Assembly: GCA_963792585.1 (NCBI GenBank)
Contig: CAWBWI010000001.1
Location: 1,536,001-1,600,000 of the forward strand
DNA from: Candidatus Eiseniibacteriota bacterium
Lineage (GTDB): Bacteria; Eisenbacteria; RBG-16-71-46; CAIMUX01; VGJL01
Reading direction: 5' to 3'
Length of the DNA stretch: 64,000 bases
Below the pieces are notes generated by a model. The model had not been told where the DNA came from, made no database searches, and saw nothing but the letters and a program-made list of their open reading frames with translations. The position numbers and the translations under genes were made by a program. Positions 22,748 through 32,308 of the stretch are shown here, piece after piece. Every line of letters begins with the position of its first letter. Within the stretch, counting starts at the first letter, position 1.

Positions 22748-24604
22748 ATGGACGCGACGGCCGCTGCGTACGTGATCTGCGGTTCCTGTGGGTGTGGGTG
22801 CGGTTTCCATCTCGAGGGTGGGCGTGACGGACCGTCCGGCGTCGTTCCCAGCCCTGGCCACCCGGCCAGCTTCGGCAGGCTCTGCCGCCGGGGCTGGAAC
22901 TCCCTCCAGCCGTTGCGCGACCCGGCGCGGATTCGCGGGCCGCTCACGCGCGGGAAGGCCGGTCCCCAGTCCGCCTCATGGGCGACGGCGATCGCAGCGG
23001 TCGCGAGCGGCCTGCGCGACCGAAGTCCTCAGGAAACGGGGCTGATTCTCTCCCCCACCTCGTCCAACGAGGCCCTCTTCCTGGCATCGAAATTCGCCCG
23101 AACGATCCTCCGGACACCGAACATCGATTTTCCCGGCCGGCACGCCACGGCTCCCGTCCGCGTGCTCTCCTCGCGTCTCGGCGAAACACTCTGCACCTTG
23201 GAGGAGATCGAAGGCGCCGATCTGATCCTGGCCATCGGTCTGGGCGATGGAAGCCGAAGTCCCCAGGTGGTTCCCGTGATCTGGCGCGCGATCCGCCGAG
23301 GCATTCCCGTCATCGCGATCGACGGCTGGCAAACCGACCTCTTTTCCGAGGCCGCGGAAACCCTGACCCCCCGTCCACATACCGACTATGAATGGATCGA
23401 GGCGGTGGGAAGCGTCCTCACCCCGCATTTCGCGGGAGGCCGTAGCCCTGCGGACGCGGCCCGCGGCGCCGACATGCGACCCGAGTCGATCACGGCGATC
23501 GCGAATCGGATCGAGAAGGCAACGAGGATCGCCTTCGTAATCGACACAACCTCGCACGGGAGGCTGCAAGACGGCCGCAGCGTGCAGTCCTTCGCGGCCC
23601 TCCTCGTGCTTCTGCGGGGGTCGAAGGACTGGATCGGACTCCTGCCGATCTTCGAGAGATGCAATACGCTCGGCGCGCTCGATATGGGCGCGGCGCCCGG
23701 GGCGGGAACCGGCAAGGGACCGCGCGTCGGCTCGGGTCCGGGACTCGCGGATATGATCGAGTCGGCGGAGAAGGGCGACTTGAAGTCGATGCTCCTCGTC
23801 GGGGACCTCGATTCGTGGGGACTCATCGGCTCCGGTCGCATCCAGGCGGCCCTCGGGCGTCTCGAGTTTCTCGCGGTCGCGAGCGGCTTCCCGACGTGGG
23901 CGACCGAGATCGCCCATGTGGTGTTGCCGCGACCGATCGCCGGCGAGGTCGAGGGCAGCTACACGAGCACGGAGGGACGCGTGCAGGTCACTGCGCCGTA
24001 CGTGGCATCCTCCGCACCCCAGGAGTGGAGGATCTTCGCGGATCTCACGCGGGCGCTCGGCGGAGAAGGGTCCTACGGGTCGATCGCCGACGTGCGTGAG
24101 GAGATTGCGCGCACGATTCCCGAGTACGCTCCCCTGGCCGCGGGCGAATCGAGCTTCCTGCGGACATTCTGGGAGATCATCCCGGTTCCACTCGACGCCG
24201 CGATCGAGCCGGTCCCCGCCCTCCCGGTCGACGCGGACCATCCGTTCCTGCTGGCCGTGGAGCGGACCTATCTGCCATTCGCGAAGGACACGACCTTGCT
24301 GCACTCGCCGATCCTCCGGCGCGAGATGGCGATCCTCCCCGCGGAACCTCACGTCTTCATCCACCCCGAGGATGCCAAGGGCGCGGCGCTGCGGGAAGGC
24401 CACCGCGCGGTCCTGGAGTCGTCCCGGGGGCGGTGGAGCGCACGGGTTCTCCTTCGGGAGGATGTTCCGCTCCACAGGGTCATTCTCCCGGAGACATTTC
24501 ACGAGGATGCCGCCGGAGTGCTCGGCGTGCGTCCGCGGGATGCGCTGACGGGGGCGCCGCTCTATCCGGCCGTACCGATCTCCCTCGTCGCGGAACGCCG
24601 CTAG
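22748..24604 (+). CDS. FdhF/NuoG-like molybdopterin-oxidoreductase-fold protein with N-terminal [4Fe-4S], lacking Mo ligand residues
   Basis: CGSCGCGC...LCRRG; SNEALFLASKFARTILRTPNID; NTLGALDMG; TEIAHVVLP; EGSYTSTEGRVQ; IHPEDA C-terminal domain. Confidence 0.85.
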   Translation: MDATAAAYVICGSCGCGCGFHLEGGRDGPSGVVPSPGHPASFGRLCRRGWNSLQPLRDPARIRGPLTRGKAGPQSASWATAIAAVASGLRDRSPQETGLILSPTSSNEALFLASKFARTILRTPNIDFPGRHATAPVRVLSSRLGETLCTLEEIEGADLILAIGLGDGSRSPQVVPVIWRAIRRGIPVIAIDGWQTDLFSEAAETLTPRPHTDYEWIEAVGSVLTPHFAGGRSPADAARGADMRPESITAIANRIEKATRIAFVIDTTSHGRLQDGRSVQSFAALLVLLRGSKDWIGLLPIFERCNTLGALDMGAAPGAGTGKGPRVGSGPGLADMIESAEKGDLKSMLLVGDLDSWGLIGSGRIQAALGRLEFLAVASGFPTWATEIAHVVLPRPIAGEVEGSYTSTEGRVQVTAPYVASSAPQEWRIFADLTRALGGEGSYGSIADVREEIARTIPEYAPLAAGESSFLRTFWEIIPVPLDAAIEPVPALPVDADHPFLLAVERTYLPFAKDTTLLHSPILRREMAILPAEPHVFIHPEDAKGAALREGHRAVLESSRGRWSARVLLREDVPLHRVILPETFHEDAAGVLGVRPRDALTGAPLYPAVPISLVAERR

Positions 24605-24611
24605 GGAAGGG

Positions 24612-25667
24612 GTGCCGACGATGCCAAATCACCCTGCCTGGAGACTGGACAAGAGCCGGATACCCGACTTCCTGGATCGGCTCGCCGTGCCGGTGGCGCT
24701 CCCGGTCGACATCGGCGGAGGGGAGATCAGCTATCGGATCCGCGCGGACGGGGCAGGGCCGGTCGAGGGCTACCGTAACAGCGCCATCTCCCCCGTCCGT
24801 CACGCCTATCCGCAGTCGCAGGTCCTGTGGCGGTACCGGCTCAAGCCCGAGCCCGAAGTGCAAAGCCCGCCGGCTCCCTTCGAGATGGCGATCTTTGGGG
24901 TCCGGTCATGCGACGTGAAGGCATTTCGGTATCTCGAGTCGTTCTTCGGGAGACCGCCGGCCGACACGCCGTTCGTCGAGGCCGCGTCCCGAATCCTGCT
25001 GGTAAGCGTCGCCTGCCACGAGCCGGGCGAGAACTGCTTCTGCGTCTGCTGCGACGCGGGTCCGTCGCTCGATGAATCTTTCGACATTCAGCTGACCGAC
25101 CTGGGCTCGTTCTATCGCATGGAGGCGGCGAGTCCGAAGGGAGCCGCCGCCGCGGAGCGCGTCGCATCCGCCCTGGAGCCTTCCCCGGTGGCCGATCGCG
25201 AAGAGGCGCGGGCACTGCGTGAGGCGACACTGGCCAAGTTCTCGATCACCTCGCACATGGCCACCGGCGTCCGCAAGACGACATCGCGCAAGGCGCCCGA
25301 GGAGATCTGGCGGCGGCTTGCCGCGCGCTGCATCGAGTGCGGCGGATGCGCCCTGGTCTGCCCGATGTGCACCTGCTTCGATGTCGCCGACCTGCGCGAG
25401 TCTCCCACGGAAGGCCGCAGGGAACGCACGCGGGACTGCTGCCAGTATTCCGGCTACTCACGGGAGGCGTCGGGTTTCAACCCGCGGCCCGACAAGGTTG
25501 CGCGATTCAAGAGACGCTTCAGCCACAAGCTCAGCTATTTCACCATGCTCGCCGAAGGGAGCCACGGCTGTGTCGGGTGCGGTCGCTGTGTCACCGCCTG
25601 TTTCGGCGGGGTCGACATGCCCGCGGTCGTCAATGCCTTGAGGACGGAGACGATTGTGACGGGCTGA
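24612..25667 (+). CDS. AsrA/HydB/FlxB-like Fe-S subunit
   Basis: FGVRSCD, CHEPGENCFCVCC, CIECGGCALVCPMCTCF, RDCC, CVGCGRCVTAC. Confidence 0.9.
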   Translation: MPTMPNHPAWRLDKSRIPDFLDRLAVPVALPVDIGGGEISYRIRADGAGPVEGYRNSAISPVRHAYPQSQVLWRYRLKPEPEVQSPPAPFEMAIFGVRSCDVKAFRYLESFFGRPPADTPFVEAASRILLVSVACHEPGENCFCVCCDAGPSLDESFDIQLTDLGSFYRMEAASPKGAAAAERVASALEPSPVADREEARALREATLAKFSITSHMATGVRKTTSRKAPEEIWRRLAARCIECGGCALVCPMCTCFDVADLRESPTEGRRERTRDCCQYSGYSREASGFNPRPDKVARFKRRFSHKLSYFTMLAEGSHGCVGCGRCVTACFGGVDMPAVVNALRTETIVTG

Positions 25668-25699
25668 CGGAAGTTGCATTTCGACGGGGGGAAAGAAGG

Positions 25700-26545
25700 A
25701 TGGCCGCAGACCTCTACGTCCCCGAACCGGCAAGAATCCTCGACGTCGTTGATGAGACCTCCGACGTCAAGACCTTCGCGCTCGACCTCGACGGGAACGG
25801 CGGAGGGGGGAGATTCCGGGCGCTTCCGGGTCAGTTCGTCGAGGTCTCCGTCGCCGGGTTCGGCGAGGTGCCGATCGGGATCGCCTCGTCCTACGATCGC
25901 GATGGCCGCTTCGACATCACCGTCCGCAAGGTGGGATGCGTCACCTCGGAGCTTCACCGGGCTCATCCGGGAGAAGTGATCGGGATCCGTGGTCCGCTCG
26001 GCAACTTCTTCCCATACTCCCTGGCCGAGGACCGGGAACCGATCTTCGTTGCGGGCGGCATCGGCCTTCCTCCCTTGCGATCCTTGATCCACTACATGCT
26101 CGCCCGGCCCAAGGAGTACCCGAAGATCACGATCCTCTACGGCGCGCGCACGCCGGCCGATCTCGTCTACAAAGAGGAGATCAAGCGCTGGCAGGCCGAC
26201 CCCAGGATCGATTTCCACGTGACGGTCGACATCGGGGACGATGCGTGGAGCGGCAAGGTCGGGCTGGTGACCGAGCTGTTCAACGGGATTCACCCCGACT
26301 ACCGGAATGCGATCGCCTTCGTCTGCGGTCCGCCGATCATGATCCACTACGTGATCCTGACCCTCCTGGACCTCGGCATGCCGCAGGAGATGATCATCTC
26401 GACGCTGGAGCGTCACATGAAGTGCGGCGTTGGAAAATGCGGCCATTGCGCGGTCGGTCACAAGTATGTCTGCACCGACGGGCCGGTGTTTTCCTACACC
26501 CAGATCAAGGAGCTTGAGTGGCAGAGCGGGGAGAATCCGACATGA
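25700..26545 (+). CDS. AsrB/HydG/FlxA-like FAD/NAD(P)-binding [2Fe-2S] subunit
   Basis: PGQFVEV, GEVPIGI, RGPLGN, AGGIGLPPLRS, CGPPIM, LERHMKCGVGKCGHC...CTDGPVF. Confidence 0.92.
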   Translation: MAADLYVPEPARILDVVDETSDVKTFALDLDGNGGGGRFRALPGQFVEVSVAGFGEVPIGIASSYDRDGRFDITVRKVGCVTSELHRAHPGEVIGIRGPLGNFFPYSLAEDREPIFVAGGIGLPPLRSLIHYMLARPKEYPKITILYGARTPADLVYKEEIKRWQADPRIDFHVTVDIGDDAWSGKVGLVTELFNGIHPDYRNAIAFVCGPPIMIHYVILTLLDLGMPQEMIISTLERHMKCGVGKCGHCAVGHKYVCTDGPVFSYTQIKELEWQSGENPT

Positions 26546-27012
26546 GTCGCGGTGTCGTAGTCGGGATCGGCAACGATCTGAGGTGCGACGACGGCGCCGG
26601 ACTGATCGCGGCCCGTGACCTCGCCGCCACCACAGGATCTCCCTTGATCCTCGCGGGCGAGGTCCCGGAGAACTATCTCGACGTGATTCGCGGGCATGCC
26701 CCGGAGTGGGTGCTGTTGGTCGATGCAACGGACTTCGGCGCGGACCCCGGCGAGACGGTGATCCTGCGGTTCGACGGAGGCAAGGCATCCGTCGCGGGGG
26801 CGCGATCTCCATCCACCCATCAACCCTCGTTGTCCATCCTGCGCCGTTACATCACGGAGGAGATGGGGGCGGAGGTCTGGCTCCTGGGGATCCAGCCACG
26901 GTGCGTCGACTTGGGTGCGCCGATGAGCGAGGAGGTGCGCGAGGCGATCCCGCGCGCCGTCCGAATCGGTTGCGACTGGATGCAATGGCGGTCGCTCATG
27001 ACGGAGGTGTGA
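26542..27012 (+). CDS. hycI: Hydrogenase maturation endopeptidase, HycI type
   Basis: GIGNDLRCDDGAG, GEVPENY, VDATDFG, PSTH, LGIQP. Confidence 0.88.
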   Translation: MSRGVVVGIGNDLRCDDGAGLIAARDLAATTGSPLILAGEVPENYLDVIRGHAPEWVLLVDATDFGADPGETVILRFDGGKASVAGARSPSTHQPSLSILRRYITEEMGAEVWLLGIQPRCVDLGAPMSEEVREAIPRAVRIGCDWMQWRSLMTEV

Positions 27013-27016
27013 GGTC

Positions 27017-28489
27017 GTGGAAAACTCGACGACGGCCCTCTTCATCATCCCTCCCCTGCTCTGCGCGATCGGCGCGCTGCTCATCCCCTTCATGCGACGC
27101 GGAGCCCGTTGGCTTGCGACGGCGGCAGTCGGCGCGGCCGCCCTGGTCGGAATCGGACTGATTGCGTCCGTCTTTCCCCGGTCATCGTCCGTCGAGTGGA
27201 CGGCGATCCCGTGGCTTCCGGTCCCGGCCACGGTCGGCGTGCGGATCGATCCCCTGAGCACCCTGGTGCTCTTCATCGTCCTCCTGGTCGGCTTCCTCGT
27301 CGTTCTCTTTTCGACCGCATATGTGAGCCCGAAGAACCACGACCACCCGACGAAGCGCGGGCAGCGACGTTACTACTTCTGGCTGCTGCTCTTCATCGCG
27401 TCGATGATCGGAGTCGTGATCTCACCGAACCTCTTCCAGATGTTCATCTTCTGGGAGATGACGACCATCTGCTCATGGGCGCTGATCTCGTTCTACGACA
27501 CTCCGAAGTCCCTCGCCGCCGGATACAAGGCGCTCTTGATGACCCACATCGGGGGCCTCTTCCTGATGACCGGGATCGTGCTGCTGTACGTACGGACCCA
27601 CTCGTTCGCGTTCGAGGCGTTGAACGCACTCGCGCACCCCGCGCTCACATGGTTCTTCATCCTCGTCCTGGTGGGCGCCTGGGCGAAGGCCGCGCAGGGA
27701 CCCTTCTACACGTGGCTTCCCGACGCAATGGAGGCGCCGACCCCGGTGAGCGCCTACCTCCATGCCGCGGCGATGGTGAAGGCGGGCGTCTACCTGGTCG
27801 CCAGGCTGGTTCTCTCCTGCACCCCGGAAACGAGGCAGAGCCTCGCGCAGCACGGCGTGCCGACCCTGATGGCGATCGTCGCGCTGGCGACGATGTTCAT
27901 GGGGGTCTACCTCTTCTTCTTCCAGGACGAGTTGAAGAAGCTCCTGGCCCTATCGACGATCACCCACCTTTCCTACATGCTCGCGGGGAGCGCGCTGGGA
28001 CTCTGGGGGGCGTGGGGAAGTTTCCAGGGCGGGGTCCTCCACATCGCGGCGCACGCGGCCGGCAAGGCCCTCCTCTTCCTCTCGGTCGGCGCGCTGGCGT
28101 TCTTCTCCGGCAGCAAGAGAATTTCCGAGCTCTCGGGGGTCGGCGTCAAACTTCCCCTCGTTGCGATCGGTTTCTTCGTGGGGGCCTTCACGGTGACCGG
28201 TTTGCCGCCCTTCGGCGGGTTCTTCAGCAAGCTGCTGATCATCGGGGGGGCCTTCTCGCTGGGCGGCTTCGGCGCCGTGATCGGCGCGCTGCTCTTGATC
28301 GAGAGCGTCATCGCCTTCGCCTGGTTCCTCTGGGTAGGGCAGAAGGTCTTCTTCGGCCGTCTATCCCCCGTCGCGGCCACGATCGGCACCTCTTCCACCC
28401 CGATGGGGATCGCCCTGACCGTCCTGATCATCCTCTGCCTGATCGTGACGTTGATCGGCATGCCGATGGTCCAGCAACTCCGGCCCTAG
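27017..28489 (+). CDS. hyfD: Antiporter-like membrane subunit, HyfD-like (NuoL/MrpA family)
   Basis: Multi-TM; FWEMTTICSWALI; WLPDAMEAPTPVSAYLHAAAMVKAG. Confidence 0.8.
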   Translation: MENSTTALFIIPPLLCAIGALLIPFMRRGARWLATAAVGAAALVGIGLIASVFPRSSSVEWTAIPWLPVPATVGVRIDPLSTLVLFIVLLVGFLVVLFSTAYVSPKNHDHPTKRGQRRYYFWLLLFIASMIGVVISPNLFQMFIFWEMTTICSWALISFYDTPKSLAAGYKALLMTHIGGLFLMTGIVLLYVRTHSFAFEALNALAHPALTWFFILVLVGAWAKAAQGPFYTWLPDAMEAPTPVSAYLHAAAMVKAGVYLVARLVLSCTPETRQSLAQHGVPTLMAIVALATMFMGVYLFFFQDELKKLLALSTITHLSYMLAGSALGLWGAWGSFQGGVLHIAAHAAGKALLFLSVGALAFFSGSKRISELSGVGVKLPLVAIGFFVGAFTVTGLPPFGGFFSKLLIIGGAFSLGGFGAVIGALLLIESVIAFAWFLWVGQKVFFGRLSPVAATIGTSSTPMGIALTVLIILCLIVTLIGMPMVQQLRP

Positions 28490-28504
28490 GGAGGCGCGAG
28501 AACG

Positions 28505-30562
28505 ATGGACATGACCGGCGGAATCATGGGCGTGCTGTTCCTGCTCCTCCTGGGGGCGATCGTCTCGACGCTCCTCGCGCCGCGGCGAAGAGCGTGCGCG
28601 TGGGTTTCGTTCGTATGGATCGGCGCGGCAGCCCTCTGGATCGCCGGAATCGCGATCCGGGCCCTCACGGGTCAAGGGGGAGAGCCCGGTCCGGCGCTCT
28701 TCCGGATCCCGGTGCTCAATACCTCACTCGTCTTCGGCGTCGATCCGCTATCGGCCATCTTCCTGCTCGTGATCGCCCTGCTGGCGGTCGTCTCGTCCCT
28801 CTACTCGGTCGGCTACATCACGCACCCCCACTATGGGAGGGAAAGCCTGACGCGGTATTATCCCTTCCTGTTCATCTTCCTGATGGGGATGATCGGCGTG
28901 GTCGTTTCCTGGGATCTCTTCCTGTTCCTCGTCTTCTGGGAGGTGATGACGCTCACCTCCTATTTCCTGGTCGTCTTCGAGACGGACAATCCGACGAGCC
29001 TCAAGGCCGGCTTCAAGTACTTCGTGATGACGCACATCGCGACCGCCTGCTTGATCGCGGCGTTCCTCGTGTTGCGCCTGCGAGGCGGGAGCTTCGGATT
29101 CGAAGCGGGGCGCGTCGCGCTCCTCTCCCTGGAGGGGACCAGGCCCCTTCTCCTGCACGGCGTGCTCGCGATGATGTTCATCGGTTTCGGTACCAAGGCG
29201 GCCATCTTCCCGCTCGGCGACTGGCTCCCCGACGCGCACCCTGCCGCGCCCTCGCCGATCAGTTGCCTCCTGTCGGGTGTGATGATCAAACTCGGCGTCT
29301 ACGGCCTCTTGCGGATCTTCTTCTGGATGGCCCCCTCAGCGCACACCTACACGGTCTGGGGCGGGATCATCGCGTTCTTCGGCGCGCTCTCCCTCTTCGT
29401 CGGAACGATGGAGGCCCTCGCGCAACACGACTCGAAGCGGCTGCTCGCGTTCCACAGCATGGGGCAGATGGGGTACATCTTCCTCGGGATCGGCATCGGA
29501 ATCGCTTTCCTGCGCGTCTCCCCCGCCCTCTCGGCGGCCGGCTTCATCGGGGGCCTCTACCATCTGGTCAACCACGCCTGCTTCAAGGGGCTCCTGTTCC
29601 TGAATGCGGGTTCCGCGCTGATCCGGGGAGGATCCCGGGAAATCGATCGACTCGGCGGCCTCGCGAAATACATGCCGCTGACGGCCGCGACGGCGATCAT
29701 CGCCTCCTTCGCCATCGCCGGCGTGCCGCCCCTGAACGGCTTCGGGAGCAAGTGGCTGATCTACCAGGCCACCCTCTTCTCGGGGCTTCAGTCGCCCGTC
29801 TACCTGCTCTACGGCGTGGCCGCCCTCTTCATCTCCGCGGTCACGCTCGCCTCCTTCGTCAAGTTCCTGGGAGCGATCTTCTACGGGCAACCATCTGCGA
29901 ACGTGACGCGCAGGGCCGGCGAAGGGCTCGCCGAAGTGCCCGGCACGATGGGCACGGCGCAGGTCATCCTCGCTGTTGCGTGCGTCGTCTTCGGCCTCTT
30001 CCCCTGGCTCGTCGTCGGGGCATCCCACCGCGCCATCGCGGCTGCGCGCCCCGAGTTCTTCCCGCCCTTCGCTGCGCTCTTCTCGGGGCGCCCGATGGGA
30101 ATCAACATCAACATCGGCGAGGGAGTGACCGGGAGCTGGAACGCGGTCCCGATCCTGCTGGCCTTCGCGGCCTGCTTCCTCATCCCTCTGTTCATCTACC
30201 GCAGCGCAAGGTCGAAGGTCCGCACCGTCGCGACGTGGAACTGCGGCGAGGAGCACAGACCGGATGAAATCCGCCACCTCGCCGGCGGTTACTACGGGAC
30301 CTTCCGCTCGCTGACGGCCCCTGTCGTGGGACGGATGCGCGCGTCCGGCTTCTATCCCAAGTGGCCGCGCCTGCGCGCCCGCGGCCTCGGCGCGATCCGT
30401 CCGGTGTTCGACTTCGACTTCGTCTATCGCAGCGTCGTGGGCGCCCTGATGAAGGCGTTCGGTTGGTTCAGCCACGTCCAGGTCGGCTATCCCCAGGTCT
30501 ACGTCCTCTGGATGGCCGCAGGGCTGGTCGTCGCGATGGTTCTGCTCTTCACTCTGCCCTGA
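28505..30562 (+). CDS. hyfB: Antiporter-like membrane subunit, HyfB/HycC-like
   Basis: FWEVMTLTSYFLV; WLPDAHPAAPSPISCLLSGVMIK; PPLNGFGSKW; WNCG near C-terminus. Confidence 0.82.
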   Translation: MDMTGGIMGVLFLLLLGAIVSTLLAPRRRACAWVSFVWIGAAALWIAGIAIRALTGQGGEPGPALFRIPVLNTSLVFGVDPLSAIFLLVIALLAVVSSLYSVGYITHPHYGRESLTRYYPFLFIFLMGMIGVVVSWDLFLFLVFWEVMTLTSYFLVVFETDNPTSLKAGFKYFVMTHIATACLIAAFLVLRLRGGSFGFEAGRVALLSLEGTRPLLLHGVLAMMFIGFGTKAAIFPLGDWLPDAHPAAPSPISCLLSGVMIKLGVYGLLRIFFWMAPSAHTYTVWGGIIAFFGALSLFVGTMEALAQHDSKRLLAFHSMGQMGYIFLGIGIGIAFLRVSPALSAAGFIGGLYHLVNHACFKGLLFLNAGSALIRGGSREIDRLGGLAKYMPLTAATAIIASFAIAGVPPLNGFGSKWLIYQATLFSGLQSPVYLLYGVAALFISAVTLASFVKFLGAIFYGQPSANVTRRAGEGLAEVPGTMGTAQVILAVACVVFGLFPWLVVGASHRAIAAARPEFFPPFAALFSGRPMGININIGEGVTGSWNAVPILLAFAACFLIPLFIYRSARSKVRTVATWNCGEEHRPDEIRHLAGGYYGTFRSLTAPVVGRMRASGFYPKWPRLRARGLGAIRPVFDFDFVYRSVVGALMKAFGWFSHVQVGYPQVYVLWMAAGLVVAMVLLFTLP

Positions 30563-30589
30563 CCCAACGGGCGGTAGGAGGTCCGAGCG

Positions 30590-32308
30590 GTGAACGGACA
30601 GCAACTGGCAGAGAAGGTTCGGGCAGGCCTCGGGGAGATCCTCCGTGACCTTCAGGAGCCCCGTCCCGGGCAGATCTACCTCACCGTGGCTCCGCGCGAC
30701 GTGCCGATTGCGGCGCGATGGGTCCACGAGTCTCTCGGCGCGCGCTTCCTGGTCACGATCGGCGCCGACACGAGAAAGATGGATGCCCCGCTGGCAGGCA
30801 GCGCCGGCATGGGTACGGTGCAGTCGTTCGTCGCCTCCCACGTCTTCTCCCTCGACGACGATCACCTCTTCCTGACCGTGCGCGCGGTCCTCGACCGCGA
30901 CAATCCGGAGATCCCGACGATCACCGATCTGATTCCGGGAGCGAAGTGGGCCGAGAACGAGATCCAGGATCTGCTCGGCGTCAAGGTCGCCGGCCACCCC
31001 GATCCGCGGCGACTCGTGCTTCCCGACGACTGGCCCGCCGGGATCTTCCCGCTCCGCAAGGAGGTGCCCTACAACCTGCGTCCGGATCCCGATCCGTCGA
31101 TGCGCCCCAAGATGAAGGAGCCGCCGGAGGGGACGACCGTCCTGCCGATCGGGCCGTTCTATCCCGTGCTGGAAGAGCCGGCCTACTTCCGCCTGTTCGT
31201 GCAGGGTGAGATCGTCGTGGATTGCGATTACCGGGGCTTCTACAACCATCGGGGGATCGAAAAGCTCGGCGACAGCACGCTGTCCTACAACCAGGTCCCC
31301 TTCCTGGCCGAGAGGATCTGCGGAATCTGCGGCTTCATCCACTCGACCTGCTACGTCGAGGCGACGGAGACGGCGATCGGGATCCGCGCTCCCCGCCGCG
31401 CCCGCGTCATCCGGACCCTCCTGCTCGAGATCGAGCGGATTCACAGCCACCTTCTCTGGCTCGGGATCGCCGGTCACATCATCGGCTTCGACACGGTGCT
31501 CATGCAGAGCTGGCGCATTCGCGAGCCGGTCATGTGGCTCTGCGAGACGATCACGGGTCACCGGAAGACGTACGGGATGAACCTGGTCGGCGGGGTGCGC
31601 AAGGACGTCCCCCGCGAGATGTACCAGGAGATCCTCGACGTGGTGGCAAAGATCGAGAAAGAATCGGTGGCGGTCGTGAAGGCGGTCGGCGGCGACTCAT
31701 CGCTCGCCGCGCGCCTGAAGAACGTCGGCACGCTCACGAACGAGGATGCCCGCGCGATCTGCGTCGTCGGCCCGACGGCCCGCGGGAGCGGGGTCGCCAT
31801 CGACGCCCGCGTCGACCATCCATACTCCGCATACGACGAGATCGTCCCGCTCAAAATGGTCCATCCCGAGGGAGACATCTGGGCCCGCACTATGGTCCGC
31901 TTGGACGAGCTCCTCGACTCGATCCGCCTGGTGCGCGAGTCGATCCGGATGCTCGCCGAGATGCCGCCCGGCGAGATCCGGCTCGAGATCGGAAATATCC
32001 CCGCCGGCCTGGAGGGGATGTGCGTGGTCGAGGCGCCCCGCGGCGAGGCGATCCACTACGTTCTCACCGGCGCCGACAACAGGCTCGAGCGCTGGCGCGT
32101 GCGGGCGCCGACCTATCCGAACCTGCAGGCGGTCCCCGTGATGATCAAGGGAGCGACGATCGCCGACGTTCCGATTTCGATCGGCAGCTACGACCCCTGC
32201 TTCTCGTGCACCGAGAGGATGGAGGTCGTGGACCTGACATCCGGAGCGGTCACGGTCTTCACCTCCGACGAACTCACGCGGCGCTCCAGAGGGGAGGCCC
32301 GATCATGA
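30590..32308 (+). CDS. hycE: Group 4 [NiFe] hydrogenase large subunit (HycE/HyfG, NuoCD-like fusion)
   Basis: GHPDPRRLVLPDDWP, YNHRGIEK, ERICGICGFIHS (L1), VEAPRGE, DPCFSCTER (L2) plus C-terminal extension. Confidence 0.92.
   Translation: MNGQQLAEKVRAGLGEILRDLQEPRPGQIYLTVAPRDVPIAARWVHESLGARFLVTIGADTRKMDAPLAGSAGMGTVQSFVASHVFSLDDDHLFLTVRAVLDRDNPEIPTITDLIPGAKWAENEIQDLLGVKVAGHPDPRRLVLPDDWPAGIFPLRKEVPYNLRPDPDPSMRPKMKEPPEGTTVLPIGPFYPVLEEPAYFRLFVQGEIVVDCDYRGFYNHRGIEKLGDSTLSYNQVPFLAERICGICGFIHSTCYVEATETAIGIRAPRRARVIRTLLLEIERIHSHLLWLGIAGHIIGFDTVLMQSWRIREPVMWLCETITGHRKTYGMNLVGGVRKDVPREMYQEILDVVAKIEKESVAVVKAVGGDSSLAARLKNVGTLTNEDARAICVVGPTARGSGVAIDARVDHPYSAYDEIVPLKMVHPEGDIWARTMVRLDELLDSIRLVRESIRMLAEMPPGEIRLEIGNIPAGLEGMCVVEAPRGEAIHYVLTGADNRLERWRVRAPTYPNLQAVPVMIKGATIADVPISIGSYDPCFSCTERMEVVDLTSGAVTVFTSDELTRRSRGEARS

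Noticed and set aside
23110..23160. Selenocysteine recoding in the FdhF-like or hydrogenase genes
   Set aside because: No in-frame TGA at the ligand position; hydrogenase L1/L2 motifs use Cys codons.
27109..31561. Very long alternative-frame and antisense ORFs (e.g. 27109-30267+, 29336-31561-, 6867-9287+, 46998-49136-)
   Set aside because: Shadow ORFs typical of high-GC codon bias, overlapping well-supported genes and without recognisable motifs.
30590..32308. Complex I (nuo) or Ehr complex rather than a hydrogenase
   Set aside because: Both CxxC Ni-binding motifs, a C-terminal extension and an adjacent HycI protease are present.
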